A DNA stretch of 64,000 bases from Planctomycetota bacterium. Lineage in GTDB: Bacteria > Planctomycetota > UBA1135 > UBA2386. The notes below the pieces were generated by a model, which did not search any database, was not told the DNA's origin, and saw only the letters and a program-made list of their open reading frames with translations. Where the stretch lies: NCBI GenBank assembly GCA_947501605.1, contig CANMWZ010000011.1, positions 26,005 through 90,004 on the forward strand, in the 5' to 3' direction. Below, in pieces: positions 1-8,364 of the stretch (its first letter is position 1; every line of letters begins with the position of its first letter). The position numbers were made by a program, and so were the translations under genes.

Positions 1-1
1 C

Positions 2-142
2 CTCGGCCGCAAGACTCCCGTGATCTCCGAGCAGGACGCGCTCGCTTCGGTGCAAGTCCTCGACGCCGCCTACCGGTCGGCACGCGAACAGAAGTGGCAC
101 GAACTGCAACCGTCGGCGCCGCACCACCGCACCGCGCCTTAG
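2..142 (+). CDS. 3' end of a CDS entering from upstream of the window (possibly a Gfo/Idh/MocA-type sugar-nucleotide oxidoreductase)
   Basis: Frame +2 is open from the window edge to TAG at 140-142 (..KTPVISEQDALASVQVLDAAYRSAREQKWHEL..). The stop lies 8 nt before the next gene's ATG. The family guess rests only on a 46-aa tail and the acetyltransferase neighbour. Confidence 0.35.
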   Translation, partial: LGRKTPVISEQDALASVQVLDAAYRSAREQKWHELQPSAPHHRTAP

Positions 143-150
143 GAGCCAGC

Positions 151-795
151 ATGGCAGACCTCGAGGATCGCTCACTCCCACCGCCGCGTGTGCACCATAC
201 CGCCCTGGTCGAGGACGGTGCGAGCATCGGCAACGGCACCGCCATCTGGGACAACGTCCACGTGCGGCGCGGCGCGCGCATCGGTCGGAGCTGCATCGTC
301 GGCGAGAAGACCTACATCGCCGGAGACGCCGTGATCGGGGACCTCTGCAAGCTCAACGCTGTCGTCTACGTCTGCGCCAACGTGACCATCGAAGACGGCG
401 TGATGATCGCCGCGCACGCAGTGTTCACCAACGACCGCGCGCCACGAGCCTGCGACCCGGACCTGCTCGCCTTGCTGCCGAGCGACCCCGGCCAGAAGAC
501 GCAGACGACGATCGTGCGCCGCGGGGCCACAATTGGCGCCAACGCGACGATCGGACCCGGCCTCGAACTCGGCGCCTTCTGCATGGTCGGCATGGGCAGT
601 GTCGTCACGCGCGATGTAGAAGCGCACGGCCTCGTGGTCGGCAATCCAGCGCGCCTCGTCGGCGCCGTATGTCGCTGCGGCGAGCGCGTGGCAACCTTCG
701 CCGGTGGGGCTTCGCCCGAACGCGCCACGTTCCGCTGTGCACACTGCGCACGCAGCTTTGAATGGCAGGCTGGCGACCCGCACCCTCGTTGCTAG
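151..795 (+). CDS. Hexapeptide-repeat (left-handed beta-helix) acyl/acetyltransferase, sugar N-acetyltransferase-like
   Basis: ORF 94..795. ATG at 151 is preceded by AGGAG at 141-145. Consecutive hexapeptide repeats: VEDGASIGNGTAIWDNVHVRRGARIGRSCIVGEKTYIAGDAVIGDLCKLNAVVYVCANVTIEDGVMI. Confidence 0.8.
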   Translation: MADLEDRSLPPPRVHHTALVEDGASIGNGTAIWDNVHVRRGARIGRSCIVGEKTYIAGDAVIGDLCKLNAVVYVCANVTIEDGVMIAAHAVFTNDRAPRACDPDLLALLPSDPGQKTQTTIVRRGATIGANATIGPGLELGAFCMVGMGSVVTRDVEAHGLVVGNPARLVGAVCRCGERVATFAGGASPERATFRCAHCARSFEWQAGDPHPRC

Positions 796-1022
796 CGCGG
801 TGACACACGGGTTCGTGCTCCCGATCGGCGAAGGCGATGCGCCGGGCACAGGGCGCCGCGACGGCAGCGCTGGTCCGCGGCCTTGTGCTGCTGCGGCTTC
901 GCTGCATGCGGCGTGCAGCGCCGCAGCCACGCGGTGCGAGTCTGCAAGCCCCCTTGTGATCCGCCCACGGAATCACGGCTCCGATGCCGACCGCCCAGCA
1001 GAATGCCAACGTCAACGGGCTG

Positions 1023-2624
1023 CTAGCTCGCCGCGTCGGGATCCTGTTCCGCCAGGCGAGAGTAGAGAGTTCGGCGCGCGATGCCGAGCAGGCGCGCAGC
1101 CTCTGCCTTGTTGCCGTTCGCCGCGCGCAGGGCGCGCTGAATCGCCCACGCCTCGATGGCCGCCAGCTCAAAGGTCGCCGGCACATCGTGGCCGGCCAGC
1201 GCCACCGGTTCCTCCCGCGGCAGTTCGTGCGGCAACGGACCGTCGCCGGCGAGCGCAACGAGGCGCTGCATCAGGTTGCGAAGTTCGCGGAGGTTGCCGG
1301 CGAACGCGCGGCGCTGGAGTTCCTGAGCGACGGTGTCGGGCAAAACCTTGGCGGAACGTGCCTGGTTGGCGGCGATCTCGGCCAGGAAGTGGCGCGCCAG
1401 CAGCGGCGCGTCCCCGATGCGCTCTCGCAGCGGCGGCAAGCGCAGACTGACCACCGCGAGTCGGTAGTACAGATCCTCGCGAAGGCGACCCTGCTGCACG
1501 GCGGCGCGCGGATCGCGGTTGGTCGCAGCCACCAGGCGCACGTCAAAGGACTCGCTGCGGTCGCTGCCGACCGGACGCACCTGCCGCTCCTCGATGGCAC
1601 GCAGCAGACGAGCCTGAAGTTCGAGGTCCATCTCGCACACCTCGTCCAAGAAGAGCGTGCCGCCCTGCGCCTGCCGAAACAGCCCTAGGCGCGCTCGGTC
1701 GGCACCGGTGAACGACCCCTTCTCGTGACCGAAGAGTTCGCTCTCCAGCATGGTTGGCTGGATCGCTGCCAGGTTTACCCCGACGAACGGGCCGGTCTTG
1801 CGCGCGCCGCCGTCGTGCAGAGCGCGGGCGACGACCTCTTTGCCAGTACCGCTCTCGCCCCACAACAGCACCGGAAAGTCAGCGTCGACGACGCTGTCGA
1901 GCACACCCAACACCCCCAGCAATGCTGGCGACTCCCCGATCACGGTGGCGAACGCATGGCGCAGTTCGCCTCGCGCCCGCACTGGTGTGCGCGCCGACAA
2001 GCGCTCTTGCTGAGCTTGCACCGTCGCGGCGAGTGCATGGTTGGTCGCTTGCAGGCGCTCTTTTTGTGCGCGGTTCTCGCCAAGCAGCGCGTGCAGGTGC
2101 AGCACGATCGCCGCCTGATCGGCGAAGGCCTGCAGCCATGGTAGATCTTGCTCGCGGAACGCTTTGCTGTGGAACCGGTGGTCGAGGTAGAGCCCGCCGA
2201 GCACGGCGTCACCGACCGTCAACGGAATCGCCAGGACCGAACGGAGCTTGAGGTCGGCAACGCTCTGTGCGGCGGTCAGGTCGCCTTCCTGAGCATCGGC
2301 CGAGAACACGCCTTGCCCGGCAAGTACGCGCTTGCAGATCGTGCTCGACAGCTTGCGTTCTGGGTGCGCCACGGATTCACGATCGAAGCTGCGGGCCACT
2401 TCGACCGCAAAGCCTGGTGGCTCGGCGATTGGCACGCAGACAAAGCCGCGCTCGGCGGCAAACAGGGTCACGGCCTCGTCGACGAGGCGCACGAGCAATT
2501 GACGCCGATCCGTGGCTTTGGCCAGTTCGCGATTGAGCGACAAGATTGCCGACAACCGCTGCTGGTCCTGGTCGTCTGCACCGCCGCCGCGCAACCGCGC
2601 CAAGAACTCGGCGAAGCGCGCCAT
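1023..2624 (-). CDS. Sigma54-dependent transcriptional activator (GAF sensor + AAA+ + Fis-type HTH)
   Basis: ORF 1023..2831. Walker [15 protein letters not shown]-like [13 protein letters not shown], Walker B TLFLDEV, and C-terminal [24 protein letters not shown]. The N-terminal half is GAF-like. Start is taken at Met70 (ATG 2624..2622), which overlaps the upstream ORF's TGA by 1 nt. Confidence 0.9.
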   Translation of the reverse strand: MARFAEFLARLRGGGADDQDQQRLSAILSLNRELAKATDRRQLLVRLVDEAVTLFAAERGFVCVPIAEPPGFAVEVARSFDRESVAHPERKLSSTICKRVLAGQGVFSADAQEGDLTAAQSVADLKLRSVLAIPLTVGDAVLGGLYLDHRFHSKAFREQDLPWLQAFADQAAIVLHLHALLGENRAQKERLQATNHALAATVQAQQERLSARTPVRARGELRHAFATVIGESPALLGVLGVLDSVVDADFPVLLWGESGTGKEVVARALHDGGARKTGPFVGVNLAAIQPTMLESELFGHEKGSFTGADRARLGLFRQAQGGTLFLDEVCEMDLELQARLLRAIEERQVRPVGSDRSESFDVRLVAATNRDPRAAVQQGRLREDLYYRLAVVSLRLPPLRERIGDAPLLARHFLAEIAANQARSAKVLPDTVAQELQRRAFAGNLRELRNLMQRLVALAGDGPLPHELPREEPVALAGHDVPATFELAAIEAWAIQRALRAANGNKAEAARLLGIARRTLYSRLAEQDPDAAS

Positions 2625-3136
2625 CAGTGGCCTCCGGCCGCGGCCGCAACCGCCGCCGTGAAGGCGCGGCCAAACAGTGCCTCGGCGTGGCGTTCGGCAG
2701 CGGCCAGATCGCCAAGAGTGGCCAGCGCCCGACGCAAGGTCATGGCGGCGGCGGCAACCTCGCTTCCAGGCAGCGCACCATGCGCGCAGGCAGCGACGGC
2801 ATGCGTGGCGGGACACCCGTTCGCCCGCCACCGCAGGTCAAGAATGCGGCCAGCGTCGATCCGCACGTCGACTTCGACGACGTCACCGCAGATCGGATGC
2901 TCGGCGCGCCCAGTCGCGACGTGACCAGTCGCGACGTGACCAGTCGCGACGTGACCAGTCGCTACGTGCCCAGTGACAGCAGGCCCCGTGACAGCAGACC
3001 CAGTTCCAGCGGGCCCTGCGTCAGTCCGGCTGGTATCGACTCGCGCCAAACCGCCACGCGTCTCCGCGGGAACCGCATCGATGCGCCCCATTCCCCGGGC
3101 CTCTGCCATCAGCAGTCGCAACTGGGGCGAAACCAT
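2624..3136 (-). CDS. IscU/NifU N-terminal-domain-like protein with a pentapeptide-repeat insert (degenerate, two Cys)
   Basis: ORF 2624..3232. Core [40 protein letters not shown] matches the CGD...GC pattern of IscU scaffolds. The third ligand Cys is absent (ERHAEAL). Start is taken at ATG 3136, which avoids overlap with the upstream small ORF; 3187 and 3232 remain possible. Confidence 0.55.
   Translation of the reverse strand: MVSPQLRLLMAEARGMGRIDAVPAETRGGLARVDTSRTDAGPAGTGSAVTGPAVTGHVATGHVATGHVATGHVATGRAEHPICGDVVEVDVRIDAGRILDLRWRANGCPATHAVAACAHGALPGSEVAAAAMTLRRALATLGDLAAAERHAEALFGRAFTAAVAAAAGGH
2911..3015. repeat. 15-bp tandem repeat (cagtcgcgacgtgac): 3 perfect copies followed by about 4 decaying copies
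   Basis: Perfect units at 2911-2925, 2926-2940 and 2941-2955. The unit at 2956-2970 has 2 mismatches, and 15-nt periodicity continues to about 3015. On the minus strand it encodes [15 protein letters not shown]-(VATGH)x3-VATGR. Confidence 0.9.
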
Positions 3137-3149
3137 GTCGCGAGCCCGG

Positions 3150-3344
3150 CTACGGCCGGTCGACCATACGGAGCGAACCCTGGTCATCCGTGCGACAGCT
3201 CGGCGGCATGCGATCGAGGGAGGAGAACTCACCCGTGAACCACGAGCACGAACTGCTCGCCGCGGCCAACAGGCACAGGAGACCGCAGCCGAACAGGCGT
3301 TTTGGCCAGGAGCGCACGGCGGACTTGGCGAGGATTTGGGTCAT
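3150..3344 (-). CDS. Small putative lipoprotein (64 aa)
   Basis: ATG at 3344 overlaps the lysA TGA (ATGA at plus 3341-3344). Basic N-terminus, then hydrophobic LLCLLAAASSSC ending in Cys. The lipobox is non-canonical (S at -3). Confidence 0.4.
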   Translation of the reverse strand: MTQILAKSAVRSWPKRLFGCGLLCLLAAASSSCSWFTGEFSSLDRMPPSCRTDDQGSLRMVDRP

Positions 3345-4639
3345 GCGAAGCTCTCGTTCGGCAGTTCATCGCGCCACAACGCCGCGAACGACTCGCGACG
3401 GCGGATCACTCGATGGCTTGCACCATCGACCAATACTTCGGCAGGACGACGCCGCGTGTTGTAGCACGAAGCCATGCTGATGCCGTAGGCCCCGGTCGCG
3501 AGCACCGCCAGTAGCTCGCCGGACTCGACACTGGGCAGAGACCTAGCGCGGGCCAGGAAGTCGCCGCTCTCGCACACCGGCCCCACCACATCGACGGTGC
3601 TTGACGCACGGCCACGATCGGCCACCGGCACGATCGGATGCTCGGCCGAGTACAGCGCCGGGCGCAGCAAGTCGTTCATCGCCGCATCCACCAGCACGAA
3701 ACTGGTCGAGCCCGACTGTTTGTGGCCGAGGACCTCCGTCACCAACACGCCCGCATCGCCCACCAAGTAACGACCAGGTTCGAGCATCGGCCGCAGGCCA
3801 TGAGCCGACAGTTGCGGCAGCAAGGCGGCAGCCAGTTCCGCAAGCGGGAAGGCCTCACCCTTGCCATAGCTGATCCCGAATCCACCACCGAGGTCATAGT
3901 GCTTCACCCCGAGTCTGCGAGCGGGCGCACCGCGCAGGAACGCGGCGACGGCGGCGAAGGCCTGCACATACGGCTCGACCGCACGCAGCTGACTGCCCAG
4001 ATGGACATGGTAGCCGACGAGCTCCAAGTCAGGGTCGCCCGCGATCTGTGCCACCAGTGCCCCAGCGCGGTCGAGGTCGATTCCAAACTTGCTGTCCTGA
4101 CGCGCCGTCGCGATGTAGGCGTGCGTGTCGACCGCGATCGCCGGGTTCAACCGTACTTCAATGGGAACGCGCCGTCCGTGAGCTCGACCGGCAGCCGCGA
4201 GCAGAGGTAGCTCGTGCGGCGATTCGACCTGGAAGGCCCGCACCTGCTCCTTGACGCCTAGCTCGATCTCCCACTTCGCCTTCGCCGCGCCGGCAAACAC
4301 CGCGCGACGCGGGTCGATGCCAGCAGCCAAGAGACGCTGCAACTCGCCGCCACTGACGAGGTCGAACCCTGCGCCGAGGCTCGCAAGCAGTTGCAAGATG
4401 GAGAGATTGGAGTTGGCCTTGACCGCGTAGCAAATCTGTGCGGCGTCGCCAAATGCGGCACGCACGGCTTGGTAGCGGTCGCGAATGCAGGCGGCGCTGT
4501 AGACGTACAGTGGGGTTCCGTGGGCCCGCGCCAGCTCGCGCAAGGACACGCTCTCGCAGAACAACTCGCCCCGGCGATAGTGGAAGTCGGCACTGCCCGC
4601 CATCGGGCACGGCACGCGATCGTCGGCGGGAGCGGCCAT
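3341..4639 (-). CDS. lysA: Diaminopimelate decarboxylase
   Basis: 432-aa ORF. PLP-lysine motif CYAVKANSN, GTPLYVYS, HVHLGSQ and CESGD are typical of LysA and group IV decarboxylases. Confidence 0.9.
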   Translation of the reverse strand: MAAPADDRVPCPMAGSADFHYRRGELFCESVSLRELARAHGTPLYVYSAACIRDRYQAVRAAFGDAAQICYAVKANSNLSILQLLASLGAGFDLVSGGELQRLLAAGIDPRRAVFAGAAKAKWEIELGVKEQVRAFQVESPHELPLLAAAGRAHGRRVPIEVRLNPAIAVDTHAYIATARQDSKFGIDLDRAGALVAQIAGDPDLELVGYHVHLGSQLRAVEPYVQAFAAVAAFLRGAPARRLGVKHYDLGGGFGISYGKGEAFPLAELAAALLPQLSAHGLRPMLEPGRYLVGDAGVLVTEVLGHKQSGSTSFVLVDAAMNDLLRPALYSAEHPIVPVADRGRASSTVDVVGPVCESGDFLARARSLPSVESGELLAVLATGAYGISMASCYNTRRRPAEVLVDGASHRVIRRRESFAALWRDELPNESFA

Positions 4640-4806
4640 GGGTCGGAGGAGGCTACGTGGTGTGGGATCGCGACGCCACCGCGCGACCTGACAGGAGCGG
4701 GCCAGATCGGATCATGCCCGACCACAACAGGCCCGACTAGAAAGCAGCCGCAAGGCAACCAGACCGGAAGTCGGAGCTGCCCGACAGAAGGAGTCGCAGG
4801 CGGCTC

Positions 4807-5859
4807 TTACTGCGCGGCGCGGGTTTCTTCGCGCTCGCACAATCGCTGCTTCAGTCGCTCCAACACGCGGCCGTGGATCTGGCAGATGCGCGAGGCCGAC
4901 AGCCGCAGTCGCCGAGCCACCGCCTTGCCGCTCATGCCCTCGAGATAGTGCAACTGCAGCACCTTCCACTCGATTGGTGCGAGACTGGCCTGAATGTTGG
5001 CGACCAGTTCCTTCTGCGAGATCGACTCGATCGGGGACTCGACATCCTCATCGGCCAGTAGGTCCATCGCGTCCCAGGAACCATTCTCGTCGTCCGTCTC
5101 GCGGCCCATCATCTGCTGCTCGCCCCGGCGAACGTAGCTGCGCTGCAAGGTCACCAGCGTGACGCCGAGCTCGTGCGCCAGTTCGGCATCGGACGGCTCC
5201 CGCAACAGCTCGGAGCGCAGACGCAGCAGAGCCTGCTCGCGATCCCGCTGACGCCGACGATAGAGCCGCGGCAGGAAATCCATGTTGCGCAGCTCATCGA
5301 GCATCGCCCCGCGGACTCGGATCCTGGCAAACGTCGCGAACTGCTCGCAACGCTCGGGATCAAACTTGTCGATGGCCTGCATGAGACCCCACACGCCAGC
5401 GTGCACCAGATCGTGGATGTCGACACACGGGGGTAGCCGCGACGACATCCTCCTGGCCATCACCTCAACCGTGGGCCGGACGGCCTCGACGAGTTGGTCG
5501 CGAAGTCGCGTGTCGCGGCGACGACGATACCGCAGTAGCAACTTATTGACGGCACTGCTGCTCTCGTCGTCGAGGCCGAGCCCGCGTACTGCGGCCCTGG
5601 ATCGCCCCGATGGCACGAGACCCGATGGCAAGAGCCCCGACCGCGGCAACAGTGCGTTCTGGGTCAGCACACAGGGTTGCGTCAGCATGGATCCGTCGCT
5701 CGCCGCGGTTCGCGGCGATGGTGAGACCGCTCGCGCGCTATCGGCCTGACCGCCATCAGCGCGCGTCGTCGTGTCGTGCGCGAGTCGCGAACCGTTGCGC
5801 GTGTCGTTGCCGCTGCGGTTCGCGTCGTCGCGACGATATGCGTGTTCGACGCGAATCAT
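4807..5859 (-). CDS. fliA: FliA/WhiG-family (sigma28-type) RNA polymerase sigma factor with a long N-terminal extension
   Basis: FATFARIRVRGAMLDELRNMDFLPR closely resembles the FliA region 2.3/2.4 signature RIRGAMLDELR..D..PR. Region 4: KVLQLHYLEGMSGKAVARRLRLSASRICQIHGRVLERLKQRL. The true start is uncertain (Met58 at 5688 is possible). There are no flagellar genes in the window. Confidence 0.75.
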   Translation of the reverse strand: MIRVEHAYRRDDANRSGNDTRNGSRLAHDTTTRADGGQADSARAVSPSPRTAASDGSMLTQPCVLTQNALLPRSGLLPSGLVPSGRSRAAVRGLGLDDESSSAVNKLLLRYRRRRDTRLRDQLVEAVRPTVEVMARRMSSRLPPCVDIHDLVHAGVWGLMQAIDKFDPERCEQFATFARIRVRGAMLDELRNMDFLPRLYRRRQRDREQALLRLRSELLREPSDAELAHELGVTLVTLQRSYVRRGEQQMMGRETDDENGSWDAMDLLADEDVESPIESISQKELVANIQASLAPIEWKVLQLHYLEGMSGKAVARRLRLSASRICQIHGRVLERLKQRLCEREETRAAQ

Positions 5860-5951
5860 CTAACGGAGCGACAGCATACCGCAGATGCGGTGCGTCGTGC
5901 AACGAGTGAGTTGCACTCGAAGTGATGATGCTCGCGCGCATCGCTCATCAT

Positions 5952-5995
5952 GCATGCATCGTCAGCGCGCGCGTGATGCGCGCTTCGATGCATGC
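5952..5995 (-). terminator. Long imperfect hairpin downstream of ybeY (candidate intrinsic terminator)
   Basis: gcatgcatcg (5952-5961) pairs with cgatgcatgc (5986-5995). An inner stem pairs agcgcgc (5964-5970) with gcgcgct (5978-5984) around a 7-nt loop. No U-tract. Confidence 0.35.
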
Positions 5996-6005
5996 GCGAC
6001 TGCTT

Positions 6006-6021
6006 TGCGCGCATGCGCGCA
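6006..6021. repeat. Perfect 16-bp palindrome tgcgcgcatgcgcgca
   Basis: Self-complementary by inspection. It lies 10 nt beyond the ybeY stop (6031-6033) and is part of a cluster of GCGCGCAT/ATGCGCGC motifs. Confidence 0.9.
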
Positions 6022-6030
6022 TCGTCGCGA

Positions 6031-6504
6031 TCAGGCGTCGACGTCGTCGATCGCGATGCCGAGCGAACTCAGCACCGCGCGCTCCGCGGCGCGCATGCGC
6101 GCACGCGCGCGAACGCCCTTGTCGTCGTGACCACAGAGGTGGAGCAGCCCGTGAACGACGTACAACGCGACTTCCTCGCGCACGGCGTGGCCCCGCTCGC
6201 GTGCGCACCGCGAGGCCGTTTCGACGCTGACAACGAGCTCAGCTGCGCCATCGAGTGCAAATGAGATCACGTCCGTCGGCGTCGCATCCTCGAGGAAGTC
6301 GTCGTGGATCTGCGCGATCTCTGCGTCATCGGTCAAGAGCAGCGAGACCGGCATCTGCGTAGCGCCCCCATGCTCCAGGGCGGCGCGAACGACGCGGCGG
6401 AGGAAACCTCGATCGGACCGCGGCCTACCGCGGTCGGTGATCTGCAATCGGTTGCCAACGCTGCTCTTGACCTCGGGGGGCTTGCGACGCGCGGCCAACG
6501 TCAT
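6031..6504 (-). CDS. ybeY: rRNA maturation endoribonuclease YbeY
   Basis: Zinc motif HGLLHLCGHDD (H-x3-H-x5-H). ATG at 6504 overlaps the phoH stop (ATGA at 6501-6504). Confidence 0.9.
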   Translation of the reverse strand: MTLAARRKPPEVKSSVGNRLQITDRGRPRSDRGFLRRVVRAALEHGGATQMPVSLLLTDDAEIAQIHDDFLEDATPTDVISFALDGAAELVVSVETASRCARERGHAVREEVALYVVHGLLHLCGHDDKGVRARARMRAAERAVLSSLGIAIDDVDA

Positions 6505-7493
6505 GAGCCCTTGGCATCGCGACGGTTGCCAGCGCGATCCTGGTCGTAGGCATTGACGATGCGCCCCACGACTGCGTGGCGCACCACGTCGGCCGCGCCC
6601 AGCGTGACGAAGCGGATGCCCTCGACACCCTGCAAGCAACGGACTGCGTCGCTGAGGCCCGAGGTCACATGGCCCGGCAGGTCGACCTGCGACGGATCCC
6701 CGGTGATCACCATCCGCGAGCCTTCACCCAAGCGAGTGAGGAACATCAGCATCTGCGTGACGGTCGTGTTCTGGGCCTCGTCGAGGATGACAAACGCCCG
6801 GTTGAGCGTGCGGCCGCGCATGAAAGCCAAGGGGCACACCTCGACGACGTCGCTCTCGAGCCAACGCACGCGGGTGCGAGCGTCGAGCAGGTCCTGCAGC
6901 GCGTCGTACATCGGCCGCAGGTAGGGATCGATCTTCTGCTGGAAGTCCCCCGGCAGGAAGCCGAGCTTCTCGCCGGCCTCGACCGCGGGCCGCACCAGAA
7001 CGAGTCGGCGCACGAGGCCGCGGCGCATGGCCTCGACTGCCTGGGCCACTGCAAGGTAGGTCTTGCCAGTGCCCGCCGGGCCCACTGCGAACACGACGTC
7101 GCTCTGTTCCATCGCTTCGAGGTAGCGCTCCTGCCCACCGGTGCGGGCCCGAACGACGTGCTGGCTCCTGGCCACGTGACGAGCCCCGTCCACTGCGGGC
7201 CCTGGGTGCGCAGGGTCGACCTCTTCGTCCGGCGAGCTGGCGCGCAGCCGTCCGGCGACGTCCTGCGTCGACAGGCGCTTGCCCGCGCGCAGGGCCAGCA
7301 GGCTCTCCTCGAGCACGTGCTGCACGGTGGTCACACTGTGTGGGTCGCCAAGGAGACGCAGGCTGCCGTCGCGGACCAGCACGGACACGCCGTGCAGTTC
7401 TCGGATCAGACGCGCGTTGCTGTCTAGGGGGCCGAGCAAGGTGCGAGCCTCTTCGGTCGACTGCACAGGGATCTGGACGTCAGCGTCGGTCAC
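6501..7493 (-). CDS. phoH: PhoH-like ATPase (YbeZ)
   Basis: Walker A GPAGTGKTYLAV; PhoH motifs GFLPGD, DPYLRPMYDAL, ILDEAQN and ITGDPSQVDLP. Confidence 0.9.
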   Translation of the reverse strand: MTDADVQIPVQSTEEARTLLGPLDSNARLIRELHGVSVLVRDGSLRLLGDPHSVTTVQHVLEESLLALRAGKRLSTQDVAGRLRASSPDEEVDPAHPGPAVDGARHVARSQHVVRARTGGQERYLEAMEQSDVVFAVGPAGTGKTYLAVAQAVEAMRRGLVRRLVLVRPAVEAGEKLGFLPGDFQQKIDPYLRPMYDALQDLLDARTRVRWLESDVVEVCPLAFMRGRTLNRAFVILDEAQNTTVTQMLMFLTRLGEGSRMVITGDPSQVDLPGHVTSGLSDAVRCLQGVEGIRFVTLGAADVVRHAVVGRIVNAYDQDRAGNRRDAKGS

Positions 7494-7512
7494 GTGGTCA
7501 CACGCATCGGGG

Positions 7513-8364
7513 TCAGGTCAGCCAGACAAGGAACAGGAACCAAGCCGAGAACGAGAATAGCAAGCTGTCGACCAGGTCGAGCACGCCGCCATGCGCCGGC
7601 AACAGGTGCGAACTGTCTTTGGCGCCGCAGCGGCGCTTCAACAGGCTCTCCACGAGATCGCCGATCTGGGTCGTGGCGTTGAGGAGGATACCGACACCGA
7701 GGGTCACCGGAACTCCCATCGGCAGATCGGGCACCAGGACCGAACGCAACCCGACTGCGATCGCGAGCGACGCCGACAGACTCCCGAGTGCGCCTTCAAC
7801 CGTCTTGCCCGGGCTGATGTGCGGGATCAGCTTGTGCCGTCCGATCATCCGGCCAACGCAGTAGCCGCCGATGTCGCCACCCTTGCAGATCAACACCACG
7901 TAGAGCAGCGATGGCAGGTGGCGGAAACAGATCCCTTGGCCGAAGTACATCTGCCACGAGATCAGCAAGAAGCCGAGCAACGTGGCGCCCTGTTCCTCGA
8001 GCCCGCGCGCCATCGCGTCCTTGCCCAGCGACCGCGTCGCCAGAGGGAACAGCAGCAGCAGGGTCAGTGCCACGATCGGATACAGCTCGCGGTCAAGCTG
8101 CTGCCAACCTAGTGGGAACGCGAGCCCATGGAGCAGGACCGCGGCTACGAGCAACAGGGTGCGCGCGACGGCGAAGCCGGCCGTTCGCAGCATTGCGGCG
8201 TACTCGAGCACCCCGACAATCCCGAGTACGAAGAGAACCGAGGCAGAGAGTGCTCCGCGCTTGTCGACCACGAGGCACTCGACGTCGAGCCAGTAGACAA
8301 GGCCGATGAGGAGCAGCATCGTCGGCGCCAGCACCGCGCGGGTGCGCAGATCAGAGCTCGCCAT
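7513..8364 (-). CDS. cdsA: Phosphatidate cytidylyltransferase
   Basis: Multi-TM protein with the CdsA signature ESLLKRRCGAKDSSHLLPAHGGVLDLVDS, compared with S-x-x-KR-x4-KD-x5-PGHGG-x2-DR-x-D. Confidence 0.85.
   Translation of the reverse strand: MASSDLRTRAVLAPTMLLLIGLVYWLDVECLVVDKRGALSASVLFVLGIVGVLEYAAMLRTAGFAVARTLLLVAAVLLHGLAFPLGWQQLDRELYPIVALTLLLLFPLATRSLGKDAMARGLEEQGATLLGFLLISWQMYFGQGICFRHLPSLLYVVLICKGGDIGGYCVGRMIGRHKLIPHISPGKTVEGALGSLSASLAIAVGLRSVLVPDLPMGVPVTLGVGILLNATTQIGDLVESLLKRRCGAKDSSHLLPAHGGVLDLVDSLLFSFSAWFLFLVWLT

Noticed and set aside
95-110. Sigma54-like TGGCAC element (tggcacgaactgcaa) 40 nt upstream of the acetyltransferase ATG
   Set aside because: The GG-to-GC spacing is 8 nt rather than the required 10, and it lies inside the upstream coding region. 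It is likely chance.
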